Positions 1 through 8,244 of a DNA stretch of 64,000 nt are shown piece after piece. Position 1 is the stretch's first letter, and each line of letters opens with the position of its first letter. The notes under the pieces were generated by a model. That model was given only the letters and a program-made list of their open reading frames with translations. It was not told where the DNA came from and did not search any database. A program made the position numbers and the translations under genes. The stretch comes from an uncultured Alphaproteobacteria bacterium (GTDB taxonomy: Bacteria > Pseudomonadota > Alphaproteobacteria > Micropepsales > Micropepsaceae): the NCBI GenBank assembly GCA_903897605.1, contig CAIUCH010000042.1:22465-86464 (forward strand). The letters are read 5' to 3'.

Positions 1-188
1 CCGCCCGCTTTCAGGACATCGGCGCCGACCTGGGACGCGTAATGCTGCGAACTCACCACCATGCCGTGTTCGGCTTCGACCGGCGGCGGGCTGACGGATG
101 GCGGAGCGATGCCGGCATTGTCGGCGATGCTGAGCGTGGGCGTGAGCAAAAAGGTTGTGCCGATCAGCACACTCAGAAAGCGACGCAT
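1..188 (-). CDS. gamma-glutamyltransferase paralog, N-terminal fragment (runs off window edge)
   Basis: The reverse complement of 1-188 starts with ATG at 188-186 and reads MRRFLSVLIGTTFLLTPTLSIADNAGIAPPSVSPPPVEAEHGMVVSSQHYASQVGADVLKAGG. This parallels the N-terminus of the full GGT at 313-2067 (signal peptide, then VEA(E/D)HGM.VSSQ...GAD.L.AGG). It is absent from the ORF track because no stop lies inside the window. Confidence 0.6.
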   Translation of the reverse strand, partial: MRRFLSVLIGTTFLLTPTLSIADNAGIAPPSVSPPPVEAEHGMVVSSQHYASQVGADVLKAG

Positions 189-312
189 GGGAATTCCCCT
201 CGAATTATTGCTTTTGCCCGGACTGGCCGAGCCTAACGCCCGGAACCCTTGAAAGAAAGTGGGCGGCGCAGCCCTTGGCCGCGCCGCCACTGCATTTGCC
301 GAATGGCGGCGG

Positions 313-2067
313 CTAGTTGCCGACCGCGGCGCCGGCTATGGCGCGGGCGTCATTGGCGCCATACAGCACGCGCTTGCCATTCTTGACGCCAATGATGATG
401 CCTTCGTCCGAGCCCCAGGAACGGTTCTCGGTGAACTTGTAGCCATCGGCCTCAAGTTCCTTGCGGACTTCCGGCGTCACCGCGTTCTCCTCGACATAGA
501 TCGTGTCGGGCATCCATTGGTGATGGATGCGCGGCGTATCGATCGCGGCCTGGATGTCCATCTTGTGGTCGATCACATTGAGGATCGATTCTAGGGTGAT
601 GGTGATGATGCGGGCGCCGCCGGGGCTGCCGGTCACCATGAAGATCTTGCCATTCTTGGTGATGATGGTGGGACTCATGGAGGAGAGTGGACGCTTGCCC
701 GGCTGGATCGAATTGTTCTCGCCCTGCACCAGGCCGAACAGGTTGGGCGCGCCTACCTTCGATGTGAAATCGTCCATCTCATTGTTCAGGAAGAAGCCGG
801 TATTGCTCGCGATCACCTGCGAGCCGAAGCCGCCATTGATCGTGTAGGTCACCGAAACCGCATTGCCGGCCTTGTCCACCACCGAATAATGCGTGGTCTG
901 GTCGCTTTCATGCGGCACCACGCCGATCTTCACCTGGTCCGAAGGCGTCGCTTTGACCGCGTCGATATGGGCGCGGATCTCAGCGGCATGTTTGGCCGAC
1001 ATGATCTTGTCGAGAGGGTTCTTCACAAAGGCGGGATCACCCAGCTCGAAATTGCGGTCGACATAGGCATGGCGCATCGCTTCGACCATCAAATGAATGC
1101 TCTTGGCGGAATGAACCGGCATCTTGTTCATCGGATAGGCGGACAGGATATTCAGGATTTCGCACATCGAAGCGCCGCCCGACGAAGGCGGCGGTGAGGA
1201 GATGATGCGGTAGCCGCGATAGTTGCAGTAAAGCGGGGCGCTTTCGGTGACGGTAAAGTCGGCGAAATCCTTCATGGTCAGAAGGCCGCCATTGGCTTTC
1301 GAGGCGTCGACCACGCGCTGGGCGATATCACCCTTGTAGAAGACATCGGGACCCTGGGCGGAAATTTCCTTTAAGGTCGCGGCAAGTTCTTTTTGAACCA
1401 GACGATCGCCGACTTTCCAAGGCTGGCCATTGTTGAGGAAGATCGCCGCGACATTGGCTTCCTTGGAGAAGGCTTCGGCCCCGAAGCCATAGGCCCGCGC
1501 ATCGCCTTCCTGCAGCACATAGCCTTCGCCCGCCAGCTTGATGGCGGCGACCATGACCTGCTCGCGCTTCATGGTGCCGTATTCGTCCAGCATCTTCTGG
1601 AAGCCCATCACGCTGCCGGGCACGCCGACCGCCTTATAGCCATGCAAGGACAGGCCGGGGATCACATTGCCGCTGGCGTCCAGATACATGTTTTCGCTGG
1701 CGCCGGCCGGGGCCTTTTCGCGGAAGTTGATGAAAGTGTCCTTGCCGTTGGCCAGATGGATGGTGGCGAAACCGCCGCCCCCGATATTGCCGCAGCACGG
1801 ATGGGTCACCGCCAGCGCATAACCGATCGCCACCGCCGCATCGATGGCGTTGCCGCCGGCCGCCAGGATGTCCGCGCCGGCCTGCGACGCGTCGCGCTGG
1901 GAGCTTACCGCCATGCCATGATCGGCCTCGACCGGCGGCGGGAATTTCTGGGAAACCTTGGCGCCGTTGAATTCGGCAACTTGCGAATTTCCAGCCGGCT
2001 GAGCGATGCCCAAAGTCGGTGTCAGCAACAGCGAAAGGCTGGTGAGCGTGCTAAAAATGCGGCGCAT
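313..2067 (-). CDS. ggt: gamma-glutamyltransferase
   Basis: 584-aa ORF with a signal peptide. GGT hallmarks are present, including the autoprocessing Thr region ESDQTTHYSVVDKAGNAVSVTYTINGGFGS and GSPGGARII near the C-terminus. Confidence 0.93.
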   Translation of the reverse strand: MRRIFSTLTSLSLLLTPTLGIAQPAGNSQVAEFNGAKVSQKFPPPVEADHGMAVSSQRDASQAGADILAAGGNAIDAAVAIGYALAVTHPCCGNIGGGGFATIHLANGKDTFINFREKAPAGASENMYLDASGNVIPGLSLHGYKAVGVPGSVMGFQKMLDEYGTMKREQVMVAAIKLAGEGYVLQEGDARAYGFGAEAFSKEANVAAIFLNNGQPWKVGDRLVQKELAATLKEISAQGPDVFYKGDIAQRVVDASKANGGLLTMKDFADFTVTESAPLYCNYRGYRIISSPPPSSGGASMCEILNILSAYPMNKMPVHSAKSIHLMVEAMRHAYVDRNFELGDPAFVKNPLDKIMSAKHAAEIRAHIDAVKATPSDQVKIGVVPHESDQTTHYSVVDKAGNAVSVTYTINGGFGSQVIASNTGFFLNNEMDDFTSKVGAPNLFGLVQGENNSIQPGKRPLSSMSPTIITKNGKIFMVTGSPGGARIITITLESILNVIDHKMDIQAAIDTPRIHHQWMPDTIYVEENAVTPEVRKELEADGYKFTENRSWGSDEGIIIGVKNGKRVLYGANDARAIAGAAVGN

Positions 2068-2225
2068 TGACGGTTCCCCTCGAGTTTTTCTCTATTGGCC
2101 CGAATCTATCCGCCGCCATGGTCGAATGCCAGCGCCGGGCCGCATGCCAACCGTGTCAATTTGCCCACTGGCGGCGACTAAGAACGGCCCCATAGGAGGG
2201 TCTCTCTTTCAGGAAATCCAAAAAC

Positions 2226-2759
2226 ATGCGCATCGACAAGATCGCCACCGGCCGCAATGCCCCTGATGACGTGAACGTCATCGTCGAGGTGCCGGTGGGG
2301 GGCGAGCCGATCAAATACGAACTCGACAAGGAGGCCGGCACCCTGGTGGTGGACCGCTTCCTTTATACCGCGATGCGCTATCCGGGGAATTACGGGTTCA
2401 TTCCCCATACCCTATCGGGTGACGGCGATCCGGTGGATGTCCTGATCGCCAATTCCCGCGCCATCGCGCCCGGCGCGGTGATCAGCGTGCGCCCGGTGGG
2501 CGTGCTTCTGATGGAAGACAATGCCGGCATGGACGAAAAAATCGTGGCGGTGCCGTCACAGCATATCAGCCAGCGTTTCGACGCTATCGCCAACTATACG
2601 GACCTTCCGGAGATCACGGTCCGCCAGATCGAGCATTTCTTCGCGCATTACAAGGATCTGGAGCCCGGCAAATGGGTCAAGATCTTGCGCTGGGGCGATG
2701 CCGCCGAGGCGCGCAGTCTCATTCTCGAAGGCATCGCCCGGCAGAAAGCGATGTCCTGA
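2226..2759 (+). CDS. ppa: inorganic pyrophosphatase
   Basis: 177 aa. The sequence [58 protein letters not shown] is a classic family I PPase signature. Confidence 0.95.
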   Translation: MRIDKIATGRNAPDDVNVIVEVPVGGEPIKYELDKEAGTLVVDRFLYTAMRYPGNYGFIPHTLSGDGDPVDVLIANSRAIAPGAVISVRPVGVLLMEDNAGMDEKIVAVPSQHISQRFDAIANYTDLPEITVRQIEHFFAHYKDLEPGKWVKILRWGDAAEARSLILEGIARQKAMS

Positions 2760-2912
2760 GAATTGGGCATGAGAGGATAGATGATCCGGCTGTCCGGGCA
2801 TTTTCTCGAAATCGCAATCGGTGGCCCCATGCGCATTTTCACAGTTGAGGACCGCTTTTTAAATGTCACAATTTGGAGCCTATAACCCCGAGCCATCTGT
2901 CGGACCATTCTT

Positions 2913-4214
2913 GTGCTTCATCGCTCCTGTGTTCTCGCGCTTCTGACCTGTTGTGTAGCGATGCCCGCCCAGGCCGGCGATGCCGAAGACTGGGCGGTGC
3001 ACGGACAGGCCACCTTTATCGATCAATATCACCCCGCCTTTCGTTCTCCCTTTCGCGGGCCCAACAGCTTGGACCCCGGCAGCCGAGGCAACGAGACCTT
3101 CAACGCAACCCTGTATGCCGGGGCGCGTCCGTGGGACGGCGCAGAGCTTTGGATCAATGGCGAAATCGATCAAGGCTTCGGTCTATCCGATACGCTGGGC
3201 GTGGCGGCATTCACCAACGGGCAGGGCTCCAAGGTCGGCGAGGCCGTGCCGTATTTCCGCCTGCACCGCCTGTTCTTCCGCCAGACCTTCGATCTGGGCG
3301 GCGCGGATCAGGATGTCGATGGCGCGGCCAACCAGCTGAGCGGCAGTCGAACCCATGACAATCTTGTCATCACCGCAGGCAAGTTCAGCGCGGTCGATAT
3401 ATTCGACACCAATTCCAATGCCCATGATCCGGCAAACGACTTTCTCAACTGGGCCGTCATCGACATGGGCGCCTATGACTACGCCGCCGACGCCTGGGGT
3501 TATAGCTATGGCGTGGCGGCGGAATGGACTACCGGCGACTGGACCCTGCGCGGCGGTTTCTTCGATCTGTCACGCATCCCGAATGGCACCGAACTGACGC
3601 GCGGCTTCGGGCAGTATCAGCTTGACGCCGAATTGGAGCGCCGCTTCCAACTGTTTGGCCGGGACGGCAAGGCAAAACTTCTCGGTTTTGCCAGCCGCGG
3701 AAATTTTGGCGCCTACAAGGATGCTGTGGCGGTGGCGACATTTCTACCGGCGGATATCGTGGCGGTGCGCCGGCCCAGCTTTCGTCCCGGCATGTCCGTC
3801 AACCTGGAACAGGGCATCAGCGACGATGTCGGCATATTCATGCGCATGGGATTGAGTGATGGCAGCCACGAAGCCGATGAGTTCACCGATATCAATAACA
3901 GCGTCTCCGCTGGCCTGTCACTCAAAGGCGAATCCTGGGGGCGGGACGACGACACGGTCGGGCTGGCGTTTGAAAGTGCCGGCGTCTCGCGCGCGGCGCA
4001 GGCCTTTCTGGCGGCCGGCGGCTTGGGCATTCTGGTGGGAGACGGACAACTCCCGCACTATGAGCGGGAAAATGTGATGGAGATCTATTATAGCGCTGCC
4101 TTGTTCAAAGGCGTTGCACTCACCGCCGATTATCAATTCGTCGCCAACCCTGCCTACAATCCCGATCGCGGCCCGCTTTCGGTTCTGGGGCTTCGCCTGC
4201 ACGGCCAGTTCTAG
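2913..4214 (+). CDS. carbohydrate-selective porin, OprB family
   Basis: 433 aa with a GTG start and signal peptide. The N-terminal DWAVHGQATFIDQYHPAFRSPFRGPNSL and the C-terminal aromatic end (LRLHGQF) are typical of OprB-type outer-membrane porins. Confidence 0.85.
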   Translation: MLHRSCVLALLTCCVAMPAQAGDAEDWAVHGQATFIDQYHPAFRSPFRGPNSLDPGSRGNETFNATLYAGARPWDGAELWINGEIDQGFGLSDTLGVAAFTNGQGSKVGEAVPYFRLHRLFFRQTFDLGGADQDVDGAANQLSGSRTHDNLVITAGKFSAVDIFDTNSNAHDPANDFLNWAVIDMGAYDYAADAWGYSYGVAAEWTTGDWTLRGGFFDLSRIPNGTELTRGFGQYQLDAELERRFQLFGRDGKAKLLGFASRGNFGAYKDAVAVATFLPADIVAVRRPSFRPGMSVNLEQGISDDVGIFMRMGLSDGSHEADEFTDINNSVSAGLSLKGESWGRDDDTVGLAFESAGVSRAAQAFLAAGGLGILVGDGQLPHYERENVMEIYYSAALFKGVALTADYQFVANPAYNPDRGPLSVLGLRLHGQF

Positions 4215-4273
4215 CTTCCCAAGCCAGGACGGGCATGCCAGATTCCCCGAGTCATTCTGACTGTGGGGTATCG

Positions 4274-4780
4274 ATGACCAAGCAAAATCTTATGATCGGC
4301 CTGTCGATGGCCGCCTTGCTGCTGACGCCGGGCGCGGCATTGGCCAGACATGGCAAGGCAGGGCTGTGGAATGTTTCGACCACCATGAACATGGGCAAGA
4401 TGCAAATGCCCCCCGAAGCAATGGCGAAGATGAAAGAGATGGGCATGAAAATGCCATCCGCCCAGACATTCGCCAGCCAAATCTGTATGACCCAGGCGGA
4501 TGTGGATTCCGACAAATTGCCGCCAATGAGCAGGAACGATGCGGGCTGCACCAATCATATCGCCAGCCAGACCGGCACGGCGATGACATCGGAAATGATC
4601 TGCAATGGCGAGATGAAAGGCACTGGCCATATGCAGATCTCCTACAGCAGCGTGGAACATTATCTCGGCTCCTATAGCTTCAAGGGCACCACCAACGGAA
4701 CGCCGATGGACATGTCGTCATCCTTCAAGGGCGACTGGGTCAAGGCGGATTGCGGCGCCGTGAAGCCGTTTCACAAATAG
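4274..4780 (+). CDS. secreted Met-rich protein, DUF3617-like
   Basis: I chose the internal start MTKQNLMIGLSMAALLLTPGAALA, which gives a signal peptide. It is followed by GLWNVSTTMNMGKMQMPPEAMAKMKEMGMKMP, resembling the DUF3617 family. The family call is from memory only. Confidence 0.6.
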   Translation: MTKQNLMIGLSMAALLLTPGAALARHGKAGLWNVSTTMNMGKMQMPPEAMAKMKEMGMKMPSAQTFASQICMTQADVDSDKLPPMSRNDAGCTNHIASQTGTAMTSEMICNGEMKGTGHMQISYSSVEHYLGSYSFKGTTNGTPMDMSSSFKGDWVKADCGAVKPFHK

Positions 4781-4794
4781 GACAATGACGCCGC

Positions 4795-5544
4795 GTGGAT
4801 CCTGATGTCGCTGAACTCACGAACCTTCTCAGGAACGCGCGTCAGGCGGTGGTCTTTACCGGCGCGGGAATCTCCACCGAATCCGGCATTCCCGATTTCC
4901 GCTCGCCTGGCGGCATCTGGACCAAGATGATGCCGGTGCAGTTCCAGGATTACCTCGCCGACGCACAGGCGCGACGGGTGTCCTGGGAGCGCCGTTTCGA
5001 GATGGAAGAGACCTGGAACGCGGTGCGGCCCAATGCCGGGCATCTGGCGGTGGCCGAGCTGGTCCGGCGCAAGATCGTCAGCGCCGTAATCACCCAGAAT
5101 ATCGACAATCTGCACCAGGCGGCGGGCGTGCCCGAACACCGGGTGATCGAGCTGCACGGCAATACGCGCTACGCCAAATGCTTGACCTGCGGCGCACGCG
5201 CCGAAATCGCCGACATTCGCACGCATTATGTGGCCCATGGCGATGCGCCCGATTGCAAACTCTGTGGCGGCATCATCAAGACCGCCACCATCTCGTTCGG
5301 CCAGGCCATGCCGGACGCCGAGATGGCGCGTGCCGAGGAAGTCAGTCTGGCGGCCGACCTCTTCCTGGTCGCGGGTTCCTCGCTGGTGGTCTATCCGGCG
5401 GCGGCGTTTCCGCTGGTGGCCAGGCGGGCAGGCGCCAAGCTGGCGATCCTCAATCGCGAGAAAACCGAGCAAGACCCCTATGCGGACTTGGTTTTGCATA
5501 GGGAAATCGGGCCAACTTTGACCGAGGCCGTTCAGGCTTTATAA
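4795..5544 (+). CDS. cobB: NAD-dependent protein deacylase, Sir2 family
   Basis: 249 aa with a GTG start. It carries VVFTGAGISTESGIPDFRSPGGIW, ITQNIDNLH and the zinc ribbon C..C...C..C (CLTCG ... CKLCGG). Confidence 0.9.
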   Translation: MDPDVAELTNLLRNARQAVVFTGAGISTESGIPDFRSPGGIWTKMMPVQFQDYLADAQARRVSWERRFEMEETWNAVRPNAGHLAVAELVRRKIVSAVITQNIDNLHQAAGVPEHRVIELHGNTRYAKCLTCGARAEIADIRTHYVAHGDAPDCKLCGGIIKTATISFGQAMPDAEMARAEEVSLAADLFLVAGSSLVVYPAAAFPLVARRAGAKLAILNREKTEQDPYADLVLHREIGPTLTEAVQAL

Positions 5545-5598
5545 GCGGGTTGTCCCTTCCTATATGGTTGCCTGACCGAACCCATCCTTTATCCGGAG

Positions 5599-6207
5599 TT
5601 GACCTTGCGCCGCGCCGACGAAGAACCAGAAGAAAAAGACGACGAGAAGGCCAAATCGCCGGATCCGCAATCCTCCGAAATCGCCAAGGCGCTGTTCAAG
5701 TCGCGCACGGTGCTGATCTTCGGCGAAGTGGACATGAAGATGGCCGAGCGGGTCACCGCCCAGCTTTTGGCCTTTGCCGAAACCGAAGGTGACATCCGGG
5801 TGATCGTCAATTCGCCGGGCGGCCATGTCGAATCGGGGGACACCATCCATGACATGATCCGGTTCGTCGGCAACCGGGTGAAGATCATCGGCACCGGCTG
5901 GGTGGCGAGCGCGGGCGCCCATATTTTCCTGGGCGCCAAGCGCGAGAACCGCTTCTGTCTTCCCTTCACGCGCTTTCTGCTGCACCAACCCTTGGGTGGG
6001 GTGCGCGGCCAGGTCTCGGATATCACCATCGAGGCGGAAGAGATCATCAAGATGCGCGCCCGCCTGATCCGGGAAATCGCCATGGAAACCGGTCAGCCTT
6101 ACGAAAAAGTGGTGGCCGATACCGAACGCAATTTCTGGATGGGCGCGGAAGAGGCCCAGAAATATGGCTTGGTCGGCAAAGTCGTTTCCAGCGCCAGCGA
6201 AGTGTAA
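5599..6207 (+). CDS. ClpP-family protease subunit, atypical paralog
   Basis: 202 aa. ClpP core motifs are present: VIVNSPGGHVESG, the Ser in GWVASAGAHIF and the His in FLLHQPLGG. The third triad position reads DTERNFWM, so Asn replaces Asp. The N-terminus is a charged stretch, EEPEEKDDEKAKSPD. The start is uncertain (TTG at 5599 or 5605). Confidence 0.8.
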   Translation: MTLRRADEEPEEKDDEKAKSPDPQSSEIAKALFKSRTVLIFGEVDMKMAERVTAQLLAFAETEGDIRVIVNSPGGHVESGDTIHDMIRFVGNRVKIIGTGWVASAGAHIFLGAKRENRFCLPFTRFLLHQPLGGVRGQVSDITIEAEEIIKMRARLIREIAMETGQPYEKVVADTERNFWMGAEEAQKYGLVGKVVSSASEV

Positions 6208-6273
6208 GATGCGGTTCGCCGCCGCTCGCTCAGGCTCGCAGCGTTCGTCGCTTCAAACGATCCGCAGGATCGT

Positions 6274-7839
6274 TTGACGAGCGCTCCTCACTGGTGGCGC
6301 GGCGCGGTGATCTATCAAGTTTATGTCCGTAGCTTTTGCGACGGCAATGGCGACGGGCAGGGCGATTTCGCCGGCCTTGTTTCCAAGCTCGACTATATCG
6401 CGGCGCTTGGCGTCGACGCGATCTGGCTGTCGCCGATCCATCCGTCGCCCAACCGCGATTGGGGCTATGACGTTTCGGATTTCCACGGGGTGCATCCGGA
6501 TTACGGCACCCTGGACGACTTTTCCCGGCTGCTGGAGGCGGCGCATGCCCGGGGACTGAAAATCATCCTCGACGAAGTCCTGGCGCATACCTCGGACGAA
6601 CATGTCTGGTTCGCCGCCAGCCGGGACGGCGATCCGGGCAAGAAGGATTGGTATGTCTGGGCCGATCCCAAGGATGACGGGACGGTTCCCAACAATTGGC
6701 TTTCGGTTTTCGGCGGACCGGGATGGGCCTATCAGCCGGCGCGACGGCAATATTACCACCACAAATTTCTGCGCCAGCAACCCAAGCTGAATTGGGTGAA
6801 CGATGCGGCACGCGAGGCGGCGCTCAAGGTGCTGGATCTGTGGCTGGGGCGGGGCGTCGACGGCTTTCGTCTCGATGTCGCCAACGCCTACCTGCACGAC
6901 GCCCGTTTGGCCGACAATCCCGCCATTCCGGCGGCGGCGCGGGGGCCGCTGGAATGGGCGGCGGCGGCGAACATGCAGCGCCATTTGAACGACTCCAATC
7001 TGGAAGAAAACAAGCAGATGCTGGATGTGATCCGCCGCCGGGTCGAGGCGTTCGAGGACCGCTTCGTGTTCGGCGAATTCTCCGAGGAATTCGAGCGTGC
7101 CGGTTGCTATCTGCCATCCGACCAGGGACTTCATGGCGGCTATAATTTCGCGTTGCTGCAAGCCCATGACGCGGCGGCGATCCGGGCGCATCTGGAGACC
7201 TTGGCGCGTTATCCCGATCACTGGCCGGCAATTGCTTTCTCCAATCACGACGTCACCCGCACCGCGACGCGTTTTGGCGACGGCTCGGCCAAGGTCATGC
7301 TGGCGCTGCTGCTGGCGCTTCGCGGCACCGTTCTTCTCTATCAGGGCGAAGAGCTGGGACTGCCGGAGGTGGAACTGAGGCGCGACCAGCTGCGCGATCC
7401 GGTGGGCGATCTTTATTATCCCCTGTTCAAGGGGCGCGACGGTTGCCGCACCCCGATGCCCTGGGATCGCGGCCAACCCAATCTCGGTTTCTCGACCGGT
7501 ACGCCTTGGCTGCCCTTGGGACCGGCGCATGCGGCACTGTCGGTTGCGGTCCAGGATCGCGATCCAACCTCCGTTCTCGCCTTCACCCGCGCCATGCTGA
7601 AAGCGCGCCAGACCCATCCGAGCTTGCGCCAAGCCGATCTGCAATTGCTGGATGCCGCCCTGCCGGTGATCGCCTTTCGGCGCGGGGAAATTCTCTGCGT
7701 CTTCAACCTGGGGCGGGTTGCTGCGGATTGGACCTTGCCGGGTAATGCCCAGACGTTGGCCTTTGGCACCGGCATGGCCCAGCAAAGGTGCGACACGCTC
7801 ACGCTTGGTCCATCAAGCGCCTGGTTTGGCCGCCCCTGA
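6274..7839 (+). CDS. alpha-glucosidase (GH13 family)
   Basis: 521 aa with a TTG start. It carries WWRGAVIYQVYVRSFCDGNGDGQGDFAG, GVDAIWLSPIHPSPNRDWGYDVSDF, GVDGFRLDVAN and FSNHDV, which are GH13 conserved regions I-IV. Confidence 0.88.
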   Translation: MTSAPHWWRGAVIYQVYVRSFCDGNGDGQGDFAGLVSKLDYIAALGVDAIWLSPIHPSPNRDWGYDVSDFHGVHPDYGTLDDFSRLLEAAHARGLKIILDEVLAHTSDEHVWFAASRDGDPGKKDWYVWADPKDDGTVPNNWLSVFGGPGWAYQPARRQYYHHKFLRQQPKLNWVNDAAREAALKVLDLWLGRGVDGFRLDVANAYLHDARLADNPAIPAAARGPLEWAAAANMQRHLNDSNLEENKQMLDVIRRRVEAFEDRFVFGEFSEEFERAGCYLPSDQGLHGGYNFALLQAHDAAAIRAHLETLARYPDHWPAIAFSNHDVTRTATRFGDGSAKVMLALLLALRGTVLLYQGEELGLPEVELRRDQLRDPVGDLYYPLFKGRDGCRTPMPWDRGQPNLGFSTGTPWLPLGPAHAALSVAVQDRDPTSVLAFTRAMLKARQTHPSLRQADLQLLDAALPVIAFRRGEILCVFNLGRVAADWTLPGNAQTLAFGTGMAQQRCDTLTLGPSSAWFGRP

Positions 7840-8244
7840 CAGAGCATCCAGCACAGCTTTCAACGGCAGCAATACGCAGGTGTGCCGTCCCTTGTGTCTC
7901 GCCACGCCATCGAAGGCGCCATAGGCCTGGAACGGTTCGGGGGGCGGCGCTGCGCCCTTCAGCATTGCGGTGACTTTCTCGGCCAAAGTTTCAAGGTCGG
8001 TACGGTCCAGGCCTTTTGCATGCCTGCCCAGGATGGAAGCCGAGGCTTGCGCCAGCACGCAGGCCTGGGTCTGTTGCGCCAGGGCGGTGATCCGTCCGTT
8101 CTCAAGCCGGATATCCATCGTGACACGGTCGCCACAGGCTGGGTTGTGCGCGGTGGCGGTGCCGTGGGGGTGCGCCAGGCGTCCGGCACCCGATGCGTCG
8201 GCGGCCAGCCGCAGCAACTCCTTTCGATAGAGCGGATCGCTCAT
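7813..8244 (-). CDS. iron-sulfur cluster scaffold-like protein (IscU/SufU/NifU N-terminal family)
   Basis: The internal start MSDPLYRKELL gives 143 aa. Three conserved Cys are present (NPACGD, QACVLAQASAS, HTCVLLP). Its ATG overlaps the stop of the upstream gene in an ATGA at 8241-8244. The ORF-track N-terminal extension is out of context. Confidence 0.75.
   Translation of the reverse strand: MSDPLYRKELLRLAADASGAGRLAHPHGTATAHNPACGDRVTMDIRLENGRITALAQQTQACVLAQASASILGRHAKGLDRTDLETLAEKVTAMLKGAAPPPEPFQAYGAFDGVARHKGRHTCVLLPLKAVLDALSGAAKPGA

Noticed and set aside
42-594. Plus-strand ORFs at 42-236, 61-252 and 259-594.
   Set aside because: They lie antisense to the two ggt paralogs, whose minus-strand translations carry clear GGT signal peptides and motifs.
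6253-7785. A 510-aa minus-strand ORF antisense to the alpha-glucosidase gene. Similar long antisense or off-frame ORFs occur at 13144-14394, 41450-42742, 40332-41363, 28665-29663 and 21903-22895.
   Set aside because: All overlap genes with unambiguous family motifs on the other strand or frame. All have Arg/Gly/Pro/Ala-dominated composition with no recognisable domains. They are GC-driven open frames, not genes.
7813-7839. Convergent 3'-end overlaps and near-abutments as possible regulatory antisense arrangements: alpha-glucosidase / IscU-like (27 nt), ndvB / FAD oxidase (4 nt at 33007-33010), and scpA / hypothetical (3-nt gap at 43718-43720).
   Set aside because: Such compact convergent ends are common in gene-dense GC-rich genomes. 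I saw no specific sequence feature there, so they are not worth a separate finding.
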